A stretch of DNA of 61,606 nt, counting the filler, from Globobulimina sp. (Eukaryota): NCBI GenBank assembly GCA_003354225.1. It is 16 parts of 16 records of this genome, joined end to end, with 100 filler letters (N's around TTAATTAATTAA, not from the genome) between each part and the next. Parts side by side here need not be neighbours in the genome. Positions count along the whole stretch, not along the records: positions 42,443 to 46,196 come from PIVH01002154.1; positions 46,297 to 50,049 come from PIVH01002155.1; positions 50,150 to 53,902 come from PIVH01002156.1; positions 54,003 to 57,754 come from PIVH01002157.1; 12 more parts are not named here. One strand, 5' to 3'. Of this stretch, positions 43,851-55,902 are shown piece by piece. Each line of letters starts with the position of its first letter. Position 1 is the stretch's first letter. Under the pieces are notes generated by a model that was given only the letters and a program-made list of their open reading frames with translations, was not told the DNA's origin and did not search any database. Both the position numbers and the translations under genes were made by a program.

Positions 43851-46168
43851 TTATTTAGGAGAATTAGTTCCAGCGGTGATATTATCGCCATATAAAGCTT
43901 CATCACTGTCATATAAAGCTTCATCATTATTATCATCAATATCATGCTGAAAAACATGATCTGTGATTGATAATACAGCGTCAACATGTTCATTGTTTGC
44001 AGAATATGAAGTTACTGCACTCATTTGCAACATTTTATGTTTTCCTGTATTTCTTTTTAATGCAATTTCCATTTCTCCACTTTTCTTTTTCATTGCCATT
44101 GCATTTGCAATATCCATCGTGTTACTTTCCGGCACAACAATAATATCCTCTTTTGCGCGAACTTTCCTTTTTGCTTTAACTACAAACATCTGCGTACATA
44201 ATATTATAACTACACAACACAACAATAATATAATGATTACAATAATGAATACCATCAAATTCTGTCCATTCGCCAACAATGATTCTTCATCCACTTCTGA
44301 TAATGTCTCAGCGGTCGTTCTTATCCCCACCTCTTGGTCAGCTCCATAACTTGGTGCAAATGTTGGTGAGTTCGATGGATAATTACTCGGATAATCGGTA
44401 GGCGAATCTGATGGGGCGTTACTTGGGAACAACGTGGGTGAATATGTTGGTGCATTGGAAGGATAATTCGTGGGAAACCATGTAGGAGGTTGAGACGGTG
44501 AATTTGATGGATAATTTGTTGGAGGTTGCGATGGTGAGTAGGTTGGCGGTGTTGGTGCATTTGTTGGTTGTTGGGATGGTGTAGTGGTTGGTGACAATGT
44601 AAAAGATGATATATCAAACTGTGGATAGCTTGCAATATCCATTGATGCTCCTGAAAAATATAGTGTTTTTGCAGTGATGTCTATGTTATGTATAGCAATG
44701 CCAATATATCCGGAATAATAACAACCGGGACATCCCTCTGCGAAAGTAAAAAATGAATGGGTTATGCTTGTTGATAATACACCGACAACATTGTTAAACT
44801 TGAGTGATATTGCTGTGTCTGTTAATGTTACGATCATTGTCCAATATACACCGCTTCTTGGCTGGATAGTGACTGGTTGTTCCAAATAATCAAACATCAC
44901 ACCATTGCTTATTCTAACACGGAATATGTATACAAATTAAAATGTCAATTTATGCATATTTTGAGAACATATACGAGTGTGTTGCTCAAAAATATGCGTA
45001 AATTGACAATTGAATTTGGCACAGACCTAAAGAGCACCAATCTGTCTGTAGCTGTACCGGTGGTTGCTATGCCAGCAAAATAATAATCATAAGTCGATGT
45101 AACATTAAATATCAATCCAATATAACCAACATTGTAAATTACGTTAATTTTAAATGTTAACTCCGCCACAACAACGTTATTATTAATAGTTTGTATATTC
45201 GATAATATGGCATAGCTAAATCCTTCTGGTATGACGGTAGCAATGTTATTATTAACACCATTCAATGAACATTGTGCGAGTTCAATCCATTCCCCTCCAT
45301 ATACACTATGTATATATTTCCAATTATTTTCATCATTGCATAATTGCGACGGCATCGCACATATAAAATTATGCACTTTGGTACAATAATCATCATCAAA
45401 ATAATATGGCGTCGCAGCACTCGGATACGTAAATACATGAACACAATCTTGATAACCGAATTCGTTATCATGTGCATTATTTGGTTCGTTTGCAAACCAT
45501 GGCGGTGTTGTGTACGTTTGTCCATCGACGCCATAATCAAATTGTGTACCATCTGTCCATTCAAATGTGTGTAAGCCAACACGATCAGTTGCACCAAGCC
45601 AACACGCGTCGTTGTTGCGCGCTGTGGAACATAATAAAATAACTGAATCATGATCATTATCTTTATTATGTAGGGAGGCTAATGATGTATCAAAATTGGT
45701 GTTGCAATGAAGCTCACTCGCGTCCAAAGTTAATTGTGTTTCAATCAAAATGTATTTATTTATGACGGCATAACAATGGTTGCATAAAAATCGATGTTGA
45801 ACAGAACAATCTTCACTTTCCATGCTATATTGATTGCCAGTCATTGATATGGCACCGCAACTTGTTTCAGCTGAACTCCATCCACTTAATGCGGTGCCAT
45901 CTGGCCAAACCCAGCCGTTTGTAGTGTCATAGTGGAATCCAGTCCATATATCAGTATCACTGTCAATCATTAATGTATGTTGCGATAAAATTGTAACAAA
46001 ATTATATGAATCGGCAGAAACTGGGCCATTGCTCAAGACACTTCCGCATTGTTGAATGCAGTAATTATTTGCATCTGGATGCGACAGTTTGTTTGGTGAC
46101 AAATAATATGAGTAAGATAGGTGTACTACACATAAGATGCAGAAAACACTCTGCCAATGTGATGCCAT
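43851..46168 (-). CDS. Type I membrane protein with two C-type lectin domains and P/S/T-rich stalk; junction near 44915-44975 unresolved
   Basis: Signal peptide; two CTLDs (WTGF...W.W.DGT; WLGA...EPNN...DCV...DD.C...FIC); PSxxPT repeats; TM helix. Confidence 0.75.
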
Positions 46169-46296
46169 GGTACTGTTTGACACAAAAAGTTTTTTTNNNN
46201 NNNNNNNNNNNNNNNNNNNNNNNNNNNNNNNNNNNNNNNNTTAATTAATTAANNNNNNNNNNNNNNNNNNNNNNNNNNNNNNNNNNNNNNNNNNNN

Positions 46297-48197
46297 ATTT
46301 ATTCTCATTTTTAACAGTAAGTGATTCATCATTACATCCCATTATATCGACAATAATGTTGAAAAACTTGAGTGCGAATGAAATAATGCTTAATAACAAA
46401 CTTATGCTGGAGATAGTGGTCCATTCTTGCATGAAAAACTCAGCCACGATCACTACGATTGTAATCTGTGCCATATCTAAACAAGCTATTAACAGCCCAA
46501 ATATATCAATATCTACTTTGCGAAGTCGGATCTCTTTCATTATATCAGTGTATAAATTCATATTTAACGATCTCGAGCTTTCTTGAATTTGTTGATATTG
46601 CATCAATTTCTCAGTCAAAACCAGTATTTTCGCGTATAATTTGCGCGCAACTAATAACCAACAAAAACACAACAATAAAGCAACAATACCACAAACTAAT
46701 GAGATCCATGCAATCAATGTAATATTTGATTTGGATGAATTGTTTGCAGAGATGAGTGATGCCGCAAAAATATAATCAGAAACACAATCAACAATGCAAA
46801 ATAAAACACTTATTTTGAATGAAATTGAACAATGTTTAATAAACAATATCATCGATATTTGACCAATTTCTTTTGAGCGCTGCGCTGTAAAAAATAATAA
46901 ATATACCACACAAAATAGCAATAAAGCTCCAATAACTGACGCACTGATTATACCTATTAATTTTAGGTGCGTTTGGTCCAAGTTTGATGATGCTGTATCC
47001 TGCAATTCGTTGCTGACTGTGTTAGTTGTTATTGTTGGATATGTTGAAGGATACAATGTTGGGTACACTGTTGGCTCTGTTGTCTGTGCTTCTATGTATA
47101 TAGAATACGTACATTTTGTCAAATATTTAGGTATAAAAATCTCTTCAAGAGAGTACGCGTGTTTTTTTATTCGCAATTTTGTCCAGAAACGCGACAAAAA
47201 AAAAACGTAAACACAGCACATTACCTGGCAACAAGTTGGCAATTAAACTAGTTTTAACAATTGCATATGTGCTTCGATTCCAGCCACCAAAAATAACAAT
47301 TTTGTTCTGCATATTTGCAGCAATCATATTGTTGCCTCCGATGCGTGGCAATCTCGTGTCATTGTGGATAGAATTTGTAATGGGATCGAACACATCAACT
47401 TCGTTTGAAAATACTTGTCCTCCGCCAAAACCGCCTATGATGTAAATTAAATTGCTGTTGTAATCGACCAGTGTTGACGAACCATATTTTCTTTCGGATA
47501 ATGTCGAATTCGAATAACACTCCCATTGTTGTTGAAGGATTATATATTTACAAATGCAATCAAGGTATACTACACAGACAGAATTTTCATTTGTTTGTTG
47601 GAAATAGCCCCCAAATAAAATGACTGTGTTGCGGTACGATACAATTGATGTATACCCATAGGTTATGTATGGAACAATTGATGATTTGCACCAGGAATTA
47701 GTGGTAGAATCATATATTTGTAGATATGTTTGGTTTGCGCTTAAATCGTATGATACAACGTAAATATATCGCTGATGGATATCATTTGTAACTGATACTG
47801 AATCTCCTTCGATTGGATGAAGCGGTGCGGAAATGTATCTGTTTACAAATTCGTTTTTGACAGTGTCGAAGATGTAGATTGTATTCACATATCCACTAAA
47901 TATATATATTAATGTCTGGTTGATAATTGCAGTGCATGTGTAACATTGTATTATTGACGGTGTTCTGTCGGGCAATGTGATCCATTCATTTCGTAGCATA
48001 TTATATTTGTAAATAAAATAAGAATATTCATCAATAAAATCATCATAACCTCCAAATATATACAACGTCTCTTCAGCAATGGTCGCATGTGCAGGTTTTA
48101 ATAAATGTGTTGGCAGTTCCATCCGTCCGATTTCCCATTTCAAACACGACACATTTAATGACAAACAATAGGCAGCTATAAATCTCAAAAAAGTCAT
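46297..48197 (-). CDS. Kelch-repeat ectodomain + multi-pass membrane region, 2 exons, 3'-truncated
   Basis: LYIFGG, ILFGG, IYIIGG, IVIFGG repeats; intron 47092-47224 (GTAATG...CATAG) joins LLP|EAQTTEPT in frame. Confidence 0.75.
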
Positions 48198-48347
48198 GAT
48201 TGCGTGAAAAACTATCAAAGAATTCGAAATCAAAGAACTAAAACAATTAAATAGAATGAATCATGAATGACAATAAATAAACAAACACAGATATAAACGG
48301 TTTACAAACATAATAAACAAATTAACAAAACACAACTACACAAGTCA

Positions 48348-49637
48348 TCAATCACTATTTGATACATCCTTCTTTTTCCTGTTTTCCTTCTCTTGATTTG
48401 TTTGAATCTGTTTCATTATCATTCTTTTTTTCTGATTCTCATGTTTCAATCTTAATTTATCATTAATTGCTTTCTGTTCCTTAATCAATCTCGCAATCGT
48501 ATGAGCGATCTCCTTCCTATACCCAACACCATCTGCCTTCGCATTATACCATTTTCCCAAATCAAATTTCTTTCTATTTGACGTATTTGTAAATCCTGAC
48601 TCCTTTCCAAACTGCAACACATTCCGCAATAAAAAGCATCCACAATCGTGGCCATTGGGTTGCTTTGGCACTCTACAACAAAATCCTTTGATTGATTTGG
48701 CATCAAACACCTTATTATTATCATCCTTACATTTTATAGAATTCGCAGCTTCGTGATTTAGCCATTTCCGTATCAATGCAAACTCGGAGCTTTTACGTGT
48801 CCCTAACAACGAATCTAAAATGGCAATACATGGTGTTTTCGAATCTTTTATCATTTCCTCCTGGTCCTCCGCTTTATCCTGATTTTCTATATATTTCCGC
48901 AACACTTTGCCCGGATAACATATAATAACCAGCTCCCAATGCTGGTGCTCGCATTTTGGAATAATAATATATTCCTTTTCGAATAGTTTCTTTATGTGCT
49001 TGGTCCATCGCAAAACTTGCGTCAATTCCTCGGCGCTCGCCTTTTTACTCCGCAGTTTCACCAATTTCTTCCAGAAAAACGAGGTGAAAATATACACTTT
49101 CTCCTTAAAGGCAGCAGGCCAGGACGCGAACGTATATTTCAATTGGAAATCAACAATGGTATCGTTCAAATATTCGTCTTCGATGGTTACCTTCGCATAA
49201 TCCTTGGACTCAATATGCATAACACACTGTCGATGTGCGTGTTGCGCCGGGAACACCCAATAACATTCCAATGTTTTCGAGGGGCAATCGGAGCGACTCG
49301 CGGCGTAATTTAATGAATTGGAATGGTGCGGTCGTAATAATATCTCTCCATTTTCAATATATTCATCAAAATTTATAGATCCGTCTATGGAAATACTGAC
49401 ATTATCGTCCTCATCCTTGCCATCATCGATAATATCGATGGTTTCTGCTCCCTTAATATCATCATCCTCGTCCTCGTCCTCTTGTTGTTGTTTGTCGCCA
49501 TGCAATAAACCGTCAACAAATGCATTTGTTTTCTGTCCATCGTATTTCTTCCAGCCTCGTTTAATAGCTCTACCAAAACATATGTGTCCAATCCACAAAT
49601 CTTTCTCATCATCGCTGCATATTTGTATATATCGCAA
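48348..49637 (-). CDS. Ulp1/SENP-family SUMO protease (peptidase C48, SENP6/7-like), upstream exons unresolved
   Basis: YLNDTIVDF, FTSFFWKKL, RWT, HWELVII, ILDSL, PKQPNGHDCG; His-Asp-Cys triad present. Confidence 0.9.
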   Translation of the reverse strand: MRYIQICSDDEKDLWIGHICFGRAIKRGWKKYDGQKTNAFVDGLLHGDKQQQEDEDEDDDIKGAETIDIIDDGKDEDDNVSISIDGSINFDEYIENGEILLRPHHSNSLNYAASRSDCPSKTLECYWVFPAQHAHRQCVMHIESKDYAKVTIEDEYLNDTIVDFQLKYTFASWPAAFKEKVYIFTSFFWKKLVKLRSKKASAEELTQVLRWTKHIKKLFEKEYIIIPKCEHQHWELVIICYPGKVLRKYIENQDKAEDQEEMIKDSKTPCIAILDSLLGTRKSSEFALIRKWLNHEAANSIKCKDDNNKVFDAKSIKGFCCRVPKQPNGHDCGCFLLRNVLQFGKESGFTNTSNRKKFDLGKWYNAKADGVGYRKEIAHTIARLIKEQKAINDKLRLKHENQKKRMIMKQIQTNQEKENRKKKDVSNSD

Positions 49638-50151
49638 ATTTCAAACGTTTTTCAGGTTTGAAGCCGAATTGAATACAAAAAATATATCAGTTCGGTTTCA
49701 AACTCAGTGTGCAAGGATAAGCATACTCGATATGTGCAACTTTCTCGGTTAAATCGGCAAAAAACGTTTTATTTAACCACCAATTTGTTCGCAGTGCATT
49801 GAATTCATCGGAGGCCATAAACATTGATATCCTTTCAATGCCGGGTTGTTTTAAGCTATTTGGATCGTAATACTTTGATAGCCATTGATAGGTTGCTAAC
49901 GGCGTCGTAGTTTGCATGAACATGGCTTGTATATCAGGTTTGACCTCGAAACCGTACTCTTCCTCACATTGGTCAAGAGCGGAAGGGTTAATACGCAGCT
50001 CATTGGTATTGAACAATTCTGGATTGGTCGGGATATACAATGCTTTGATNNNNNNNNNNNNNNNNNNNNNNNNNNNNNNNNNNNNNNNNNNNNTTAATTA
50101 ATTAANNNNNNNNNNNNNNNNNNNNNNNNNNNNNNNNNNNNNNNNNNNNAA

Positions 50152-51156
50152 CATTTATCAGATAAAAATAAGAGAAATCAAACTGAAATTTATGTTCAAT
50201 CGTTGTTTGATGGAAATGTTACACTCCGAATAAGACCAAAATATTTAGCAAGAATTCCTAAGATTTATATCCATAATACATCTGATTATGATGTATTAAT
50301 GCTTTATAATCTGAAAAATAAATTATTGGCTGATCCATCAAACAAAGTTATTTATTTACCATCGGTTCGTTCTTTTAATTATGGCCAGAATACGCTTACC
50401 AGCAAAAAAAGAGCCGTTGTGTTACCAACATCGGATAAATACAACGATTCATTGGATTTGGCTTCGGCAGTTTTTGCATGTCTCAACACAGTGAACTCAC
50501 TGAAGCAATATTTGAATCACTATGAACTCAATGATTTGAATCCTGCAAGGCTTAGAACATATTTTTTGGCCAATTTGCATTTTATTTGTAATGCAAAAAT
50601 ATTGAATCGAATGATGGATAAATTAGAAAAAGATTTGTGTGGATTAGACCCAAATTCGACCAGATTGAAAATGAGAATGCAGCGAAATTTAGCGGATTTA
50701 TCCAAAGTACAGCATGTTCACCATATGAATTCTCAGGAAATGGCCAATGTGACCACTTTAGATACGGATCGCGATGTTGTGGGCGTTGAATCTCTGATGT
50801 CGGCTTTGGTTACGTTGGAGCATTTGTTTTCCATTGAAGGTAATTGGACTATGTTTCTGTCACAAATGAGTGAGGTATGCGAGGCGTGGATGGATGAAAT
50901 GAATGCAATGAGAATGTTTAATGTCATACGGTCTCCACAATGCAGTCCTATACAATATTGGAAAGAGTTAATTATATCGGATATATTGGAAAATTATTTT
51001 TTGAGGACCAATAATGAACAGTTAAATTTGCATGTACTCACTCAAAATATTGACGTTGTTCGGTTGCTTATCCCCGACATAGCTGATAAATTACATGGAA
51101 TCATGAGAGACTTCACGTTGGCTGACATTGTAACAAAATTAATTAATGTAATATAA
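50152..51156 (+). CDS. Hypothetical protein, 5'-truncated
   Basis: Frame open from the contig edge for more than 330 codons; no motif recognised. Confidence 0.55.
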   Translation, partial: HLSDKNKRNQTEIYVQSLFDGNVTLRIRPKYLARIPKIYIHNTSDYDVLMLYNLKNKLLADPSNKVIYLPSVRSFNYGQNTLTSKKRAVVLPTSDKYNDSLDLASAVFACLNTVNSLKQYLNHYELNDLNPARLRTYFLANLHFICNAKILNRMMDKLEKDLCGLDPNSTRLKMRMQRNLADLSKVQHVHHMNSQEMANVTTLDTDRDVVGVESLMSALVTLEHLFSIEGNWTMFLSQMSEVCEAWMDEMNAMRMFNVIRSPQCSPIQYWKELIISDILENYFLRTNNEQLNLHVLTQNIDVVRLLIPDIADKLHGIMRDFTLADIVTKLINVI

Positions 51157-51456
51157 CTTAACGATGAGTTCCGAATTCCGATCGATATACTGAGTATACC
51201 CTATACTCACTAGTATTGTCTGTGGTTTTTAGTTACTTAGGAAGTAAGTAAGTAATGTCATGTTCATTCTTAAGATTAGGTACTTGTATATATTGCTATA
51301 CATTTTTACCATATTAGACAGATCGATGTTAGTTTCAGATTGCAGTTGTTTGCCATCTGAATCGCTATTTGTATAATTATTGCTAATATATTAAATATTA
51401 AATAAAATGCAAAACAAAACAAAAGGTAATTAAATAGTGATAGTCAATAAGTAAAG

Positions 51457-52926
51457 TTACATCGAATCGTTATGATTCAGCACAGTCTGCATTGAGTTAT
51501 ATAGCGACTCATGTTTTTGTCGCCAATAATCTCTTTCTGTTTGGATGGTATTATTTATTTCCATCAATTCCTTCCATCTCTTCCTTTCAACCACCAACTG
51601 ATTATTTAAGAACTTATTTCCATTCTCATTCTTTACTAGTTTCCCATTCCGCTGTTCATTGATTTGTATTTCATGTCTAACCAAAGAACATCCACCACAG
51701 AGACTATAATCATTACATTGCGTACAATAAAAATAAAACTCATTCTTATGTATATTATCGTGGAATATCCCATAATTTATTGCCTCCAATGTCGAATATT
51801 TCATATAATTGTATTCTTCAAAATTATCGCAACACTTAATATTTTCGGAATTTCTTTTATTTGGAAAAATCTTTTTATAAAAAAATGCCATAACACATTG
51901 ACAATGTATGCATTTCGGCATTACTTTGCGATACGTTATGTTATTTTTATTTGCTTTCATAAGTTGTAATGTCACATGGCTCTCATTATAACATTTCCAT
52001 ATTCCATGCTTATAATCAGTCATTTCATCGCCATCCATTGCTATTAAAATCTCTGTGGATTCATCGTCATCCATTGCTTGAATTGTTCCATAAACAGCAT
52101 TTCCAGATTGATATCGATGCAATGAAATCCGGTTCGAATCTTGCAAAATAGTCATTATTTGACATTTATTATTCCGATCAAATGCTGTCCAAACACCACA
52201 AAATGCCAATTGTGTGCAATCCGACGATACATATTTTTGTGGAGAATAACAGTGTGTTTCAGCACATTTAATGCATAAATAATATTGATGACTCTCTACA
52301 GATTTGTATTGTAAACAGCCATCAATGCAATGATAATAAAACGAATTCACGTTGCCTGATATTGTGTGTTTGCAGTGGTTACATCTTATCATTTGTTTTG
52401 TGCCTAAACATTGGCCATGAATACCATTCAAAAGTTGTAATGGTTCATTGCATCCAATATATGGACAATCCAAACCTAATCTAATTCGCTTCCCGTCTTT
52501 GTTTCTATAGTATTGCATTTTAGCCAATGTAACATTAGTATACGTATTAGATTTTTGCATCAATTTATCCGATTCTGTTTCTGTTTCTGTTTCTGTCGAG
52601 GTACTGGTGTCACTGTCTCGTATCACTGCTGTGGTATTTCTATGAGATACAATCAGCGGAGAAACACTGTCGGACGGTTCTGACGCTTTGAGTTTGTACA
52701 TTTTCTTCAAGTATCTGAGTTCAGTGAGTTGCGCAATATGATCTCGAATCTTTGCTTGCTTTTCAATTCTATTTTTCTTCCTTTTTTTCATATGCACTGC
52801 TATACGACTTGCTTCTTTGCGAACATTTTTTGCGTGATTTGCAGCGTCCCATCGTTTTTTGGCGGCAGCTTTTGAAGTTTTTTTAGTGAAAGGCATGATG
52901 AAAGATGAAAAGATTGTAAAGGTCAT
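51457..52926 (-). CDS. Hypothetical protein with basic N-terminus, two Cys-rich clusters and C-terminal coiled coil
   Basis: CPYIGC, CNHC, CIDGC, CIKC; CIHC, CTQC, CGGC. Confidence 0.6.
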   Translation of the reverse strand: MTFTIFSSFIMPFTKKTSKAAAKKRWDAANHAKNVRKEASRIAVHMKKRKKNRIEKQAKIRDHIAQLTELRYLKKMYKLKASEPSDSVSPLIVSHRNTTAVIRDSDTSTSTETETETESDKLMQKSNTYTNVTLAKMQYYRNKDGKRIRLGLDCPYIGCNEPLQLLNGIHGQCLGTKQMIRCNHCKHTISGNVNSFYYHCIDGCLQYKSVESHQYYLCIKCAETHCYSPQKYVSSDCTQLAFCGVWTAFDRNNKCQIMTILQDSNRISLHRYQSGNAVYGTIQAMDDDESTEILIAMDGDEMTDYKHGIWKCYNESHVTLQLMKANKNNITYRKVMPKCIHCQCVMAFFYKKIFPNKRNSENIKCCDNFEEYNYMKYSTLEAINYGIFHDNIHKNEFYFYCTQCNDYSLCGGCSLVRHEIQINEQRNGKLVKNENGNKFLNNQLVVERKRWKELMEINNTIQTERDYWRQKHESLYNSMQTVLNHNDSM

Positions 52927-53166
52927 ACTGTAAATGAAGATTGTACTGTAAAAAAGTTGACCATGAGTAAAATCAAGCCAAGGTGCCTAGGTTGAATAGA
53001 TCAACAAACATTTAAAGATATATTCCAAAAGACCCCCTGGTCGATAAGCTAGTTGTATACGGTTGCAAATCCAGATTTAAAATGATACTTTCCCTGTAGA
53101 TGTGCTGTAGATTGGTTTGGAAGGTGCTACCTTAAGCGATGATGTTGCTTTTTATCTTCTGTCCAT

Positions 53167-53709
53167 TCAACAAAGCCCAAATTGATATACATAGTAATTG
53201 ATATATTTTGGTTTATGTGCCAAGCATGGAATGCAATAACATCTCATCCGAGCTCCATGGCCATGTTTGGTTTTGTCTCTTGGTGATGGTGAATGATCAT
53301 TTGATGATGGAATATTCTCAAAATTATCCGTGTCGCTGCTACTATTTTCGAGAAACGATTTTTGTAGTTCATAAATTCTATTTTGTTGACGTTGTTGCAT
53401 TGCTTTTTCAACTTCATCCTCAATTGAATAATCCCATTGATTTGAGTTGAGATTCAATGTAATATCTTTATAAAAAAATTTACATTTGCAGCAACAGAAA
53501 CATTTTCGAATCACATATTTTATCGCATCGATTATGGTCGGTTCTGAATCAAAGTAACTGTCATGACCTATGACATCATAAAAATGTGAGCTGGATACTG
53601 ATTCTCTACGATGATACTCCACCGCTGGTTCTACGTCGACACTATGGGGAGGTGTATCGGTTAGGTTGACGGTTGCTTTCTTGTCAACGGAACTAGTGAC
53701 ATTTTTCAT
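53167..53709 (-). CDS. Hypothetical protein
   Basis: 180-aa ATG-initiated ORF with a CFCCCKC cluster. Confidence 0.45.
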   Translation of the reverse strand: MKNVTSSVDKKATVNLTDTPPHSVDVEPAVEYHRRESVSSSHFYDVIGHDSYFDSEPTIIDAIKYVIRKCFCCCKCKFFYKDITLNLNSNQWDYSIEDEVEKAMQQRQQNRIYELQKSFLENSSSDTDNFENIPSSNDHSPSPRDKTKHGHGARMRCYCIPCLAHKPKYINYYVYQFGLC

Positions 53710-54155
53710 ATTTATTTGGCTAACTGTAGTGATGACGAAGTCACTTCAAAAAAAGTTTTAAAATTGCAATTATTAATTGCATGCCAATCTATATTACGTT
53801 TATTAATTTTGTCATAATGTCAGTCAACGTGATCTCACTCAAAGTCAAAAGCTTATCCCATTCTGACAAAAAATTACGTAATTCACCAGCTATGATTGGG
53901 ATNNNNNNNNNNNNNNNNNNNNNNNNNNNNNNNNNNNNNNNNNNNNTTAATTAATTAANNNNNNNNNNNNNNNNNNNNNNNNNNNNNNNNNNNNNNNNNN
54001 NNAATGGTGATTTGAGAATTTTCTGGATTTCTTAGATTTTTGAAAAATATGTTTGTTGATGAATGAAAAAAAAAAATGAAAGAAAAAAAAATGAATGACA
54101 AAAAATATGATAACTTGGTTCATTTCCAATCACCATTTCCCAACAAAAATAAAGT

Positions 54156-54518
54156 ATGATAACTTGGCGAACCCTGTTGTCATTATTAGCATTCCTTCAT
54201 TGTCGGAAGGGGGAGTTTAGTGCATGTTTTTCATATGCAGCGCAAAGTGTGGAATTGGAGGATAAATCATTGAGATCGGCAGCAATAAATCGAGAGGCGG
54301 ATAGGATAATGGATATTGTGCAACCTCTATTAAGAGTAAGCGCTGAAGGTGAGAAATATTTTTGGGATTTAGTAGCCAAACAAAAATTGAAAAAGGAGAA
54401 TAAAAAGGATGTAGAAATTGATAATGATGAAGATGAAAAAGGCAAAGATATGGAAAAGAAAAATGAAACGGATAATAAAAAGAAAAAGAAAAATAAGCAA
54501 AAAAAATATAAGAAATAA
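54156..54518 (+). CDS. Hypothetical protein or last exon with K/E-rich tail
   Basis: 120-aa ORF. Confidence 0.35.
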   Translation: MITWRTLLSLLAFLHCRKGEFSACFSYAAQSVELEDKSLRSAAINREADRIMDIVQPLLRVSAEGEKYFWDLVAKQKLKKENKKDVEIDNDEDEKGKDMEKKNETDNKKKKKNKQKKYKK

Positions 54519-54663
54519 ATATATTTGCTGAGTCATACAAAGACAATATTAACTTTTCCATATGTGCTTGCTATTTGATATATATATATTTATAATTCAA
54601 TTGCTTAGTCATCAATATAATGAGAATAGTTGATTCAAATCAAATGAAATAATTAATTAAATC

Positions 54664-54708
54664 AACATATTAAAACATATTAAAACATATTAAAACATAT
54701 TAAAACAT
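54664..54708. repeat. 10-bp tandem repeat (AACATATTAA), about 4.5 copies
   Basis: Seen directly. Confidence 0.85.
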
Positions 54709-54779
54709 GATTTAATAGATCAACAACTCATTGCAAATAAAGTAGTAGTATCAATATTATTTTTTGTCTTTTTTTCTTT

Positions 54780-55822
54780 TTAATCTGAATGATATTCTCC
54801 ATCATCCATTATACCGGAACAAATATCAGCCCACTCTTTTAACATGATATTCTCTAACATATGTGGTGGGATTTCGTCGCTATTATCCCATTTAAATTCC
54901 TTTTCTCTTTCCACTAATTCATGTGGTGGGGTTTCGTCACTATCATCCATTATCCCACAATGATCTATTGATTGGAATGTGGTGGAATTCCTTTTTTCAT
55001 TAATTTCCGATAAAATGTTTTTTGTGCCTCAATATAGACCTCTTTCTGCAAAATGCCATTCGATGTCAGTATTTTGGTGATATTATCGCAATGCACGTGA
55101 TTTATTTGCTTTGTCGGGATCTCATTGTCATTGTTGACTGTGCTAAATATAAATTGTTGAACTTGCCATTGTTTCTCCCATCGAAGGTCCACAACATTCC
55201 AATTGTTGTGTTTGCAGGGAATACAGTCGCACGATTCGATAATGTTTATGTTTCGTATATTTCCCAGATGCAAATTATTATTATTGGCTATCAGATATTG
55301 ATGTATTGTTTGTTGAGGAAATGCCTTTTTTGTGATGAGCATTGTTATACAAAACTCGTCGTTCCATCGCGTCGACGTAACAATATCATGATCGTTGTCA
55401 TTATCCGGGTGATAGTAATATGCATCGTCGATCTCCTCTGATTTGCTGTCGATGTCACTGATATTCACTTTGTTTATTGTTTGGTTGAAAACATTCGCCG
55501 GCGTTAACCCATCGTGTTCAACCTCCAATAAATCACAACCATTTTCAAAATCCAATGAGCCAATATATGGATCAATGCACGAGTTCACTGTGCAGATTGA
55601 TTGCCGTTTAAAAGATGCCTCGATGCCGCATAACGACTCCCTCTCTCTCTTCTCATTTAAGGACTGCAATTGTTTGAATTGGTTCACCGATATCGAATGA
55701 AACAACATCGGGGTCTCTGCCACATCAAATGTGAGTCGCTGAGCCGGACACGGCGTTTCCAACAGCATCATTGAATCTCGTTTAGACTTTACTGGCGTTA
55801 TCAAGTAACTTATCATTGTCAA
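54780..55822 (-). CDS. Hypothetical protein, apparently frameshifted near 54965
   Basis: The ORF ends IPPHSNQ*; another frame continues with DETPPH and DEIPPH repeats to a TAA at 54780-54782. Confidence 0.45.
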
Positions 55823-55902
55823 TTTGCTTGCAAGGAATGTTAGTTTGGGATTGGGATTAGGATCGGATTAGTAAACTAAAAAACTTTTAAAAGTGTCTAA
55901 TA

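Noticed and set aside
49687-50049. Separate gene or chimeric segment upstream of the SUMO protease
   Set aside because: Could equally be upstream exons of the same gene; splice sites could not be resolved.
55845-55871. GGATT(G/A) hexamer-like run as a telomeric repeat
   Set aside because: Short, degenerate and internal, between divergent genes.
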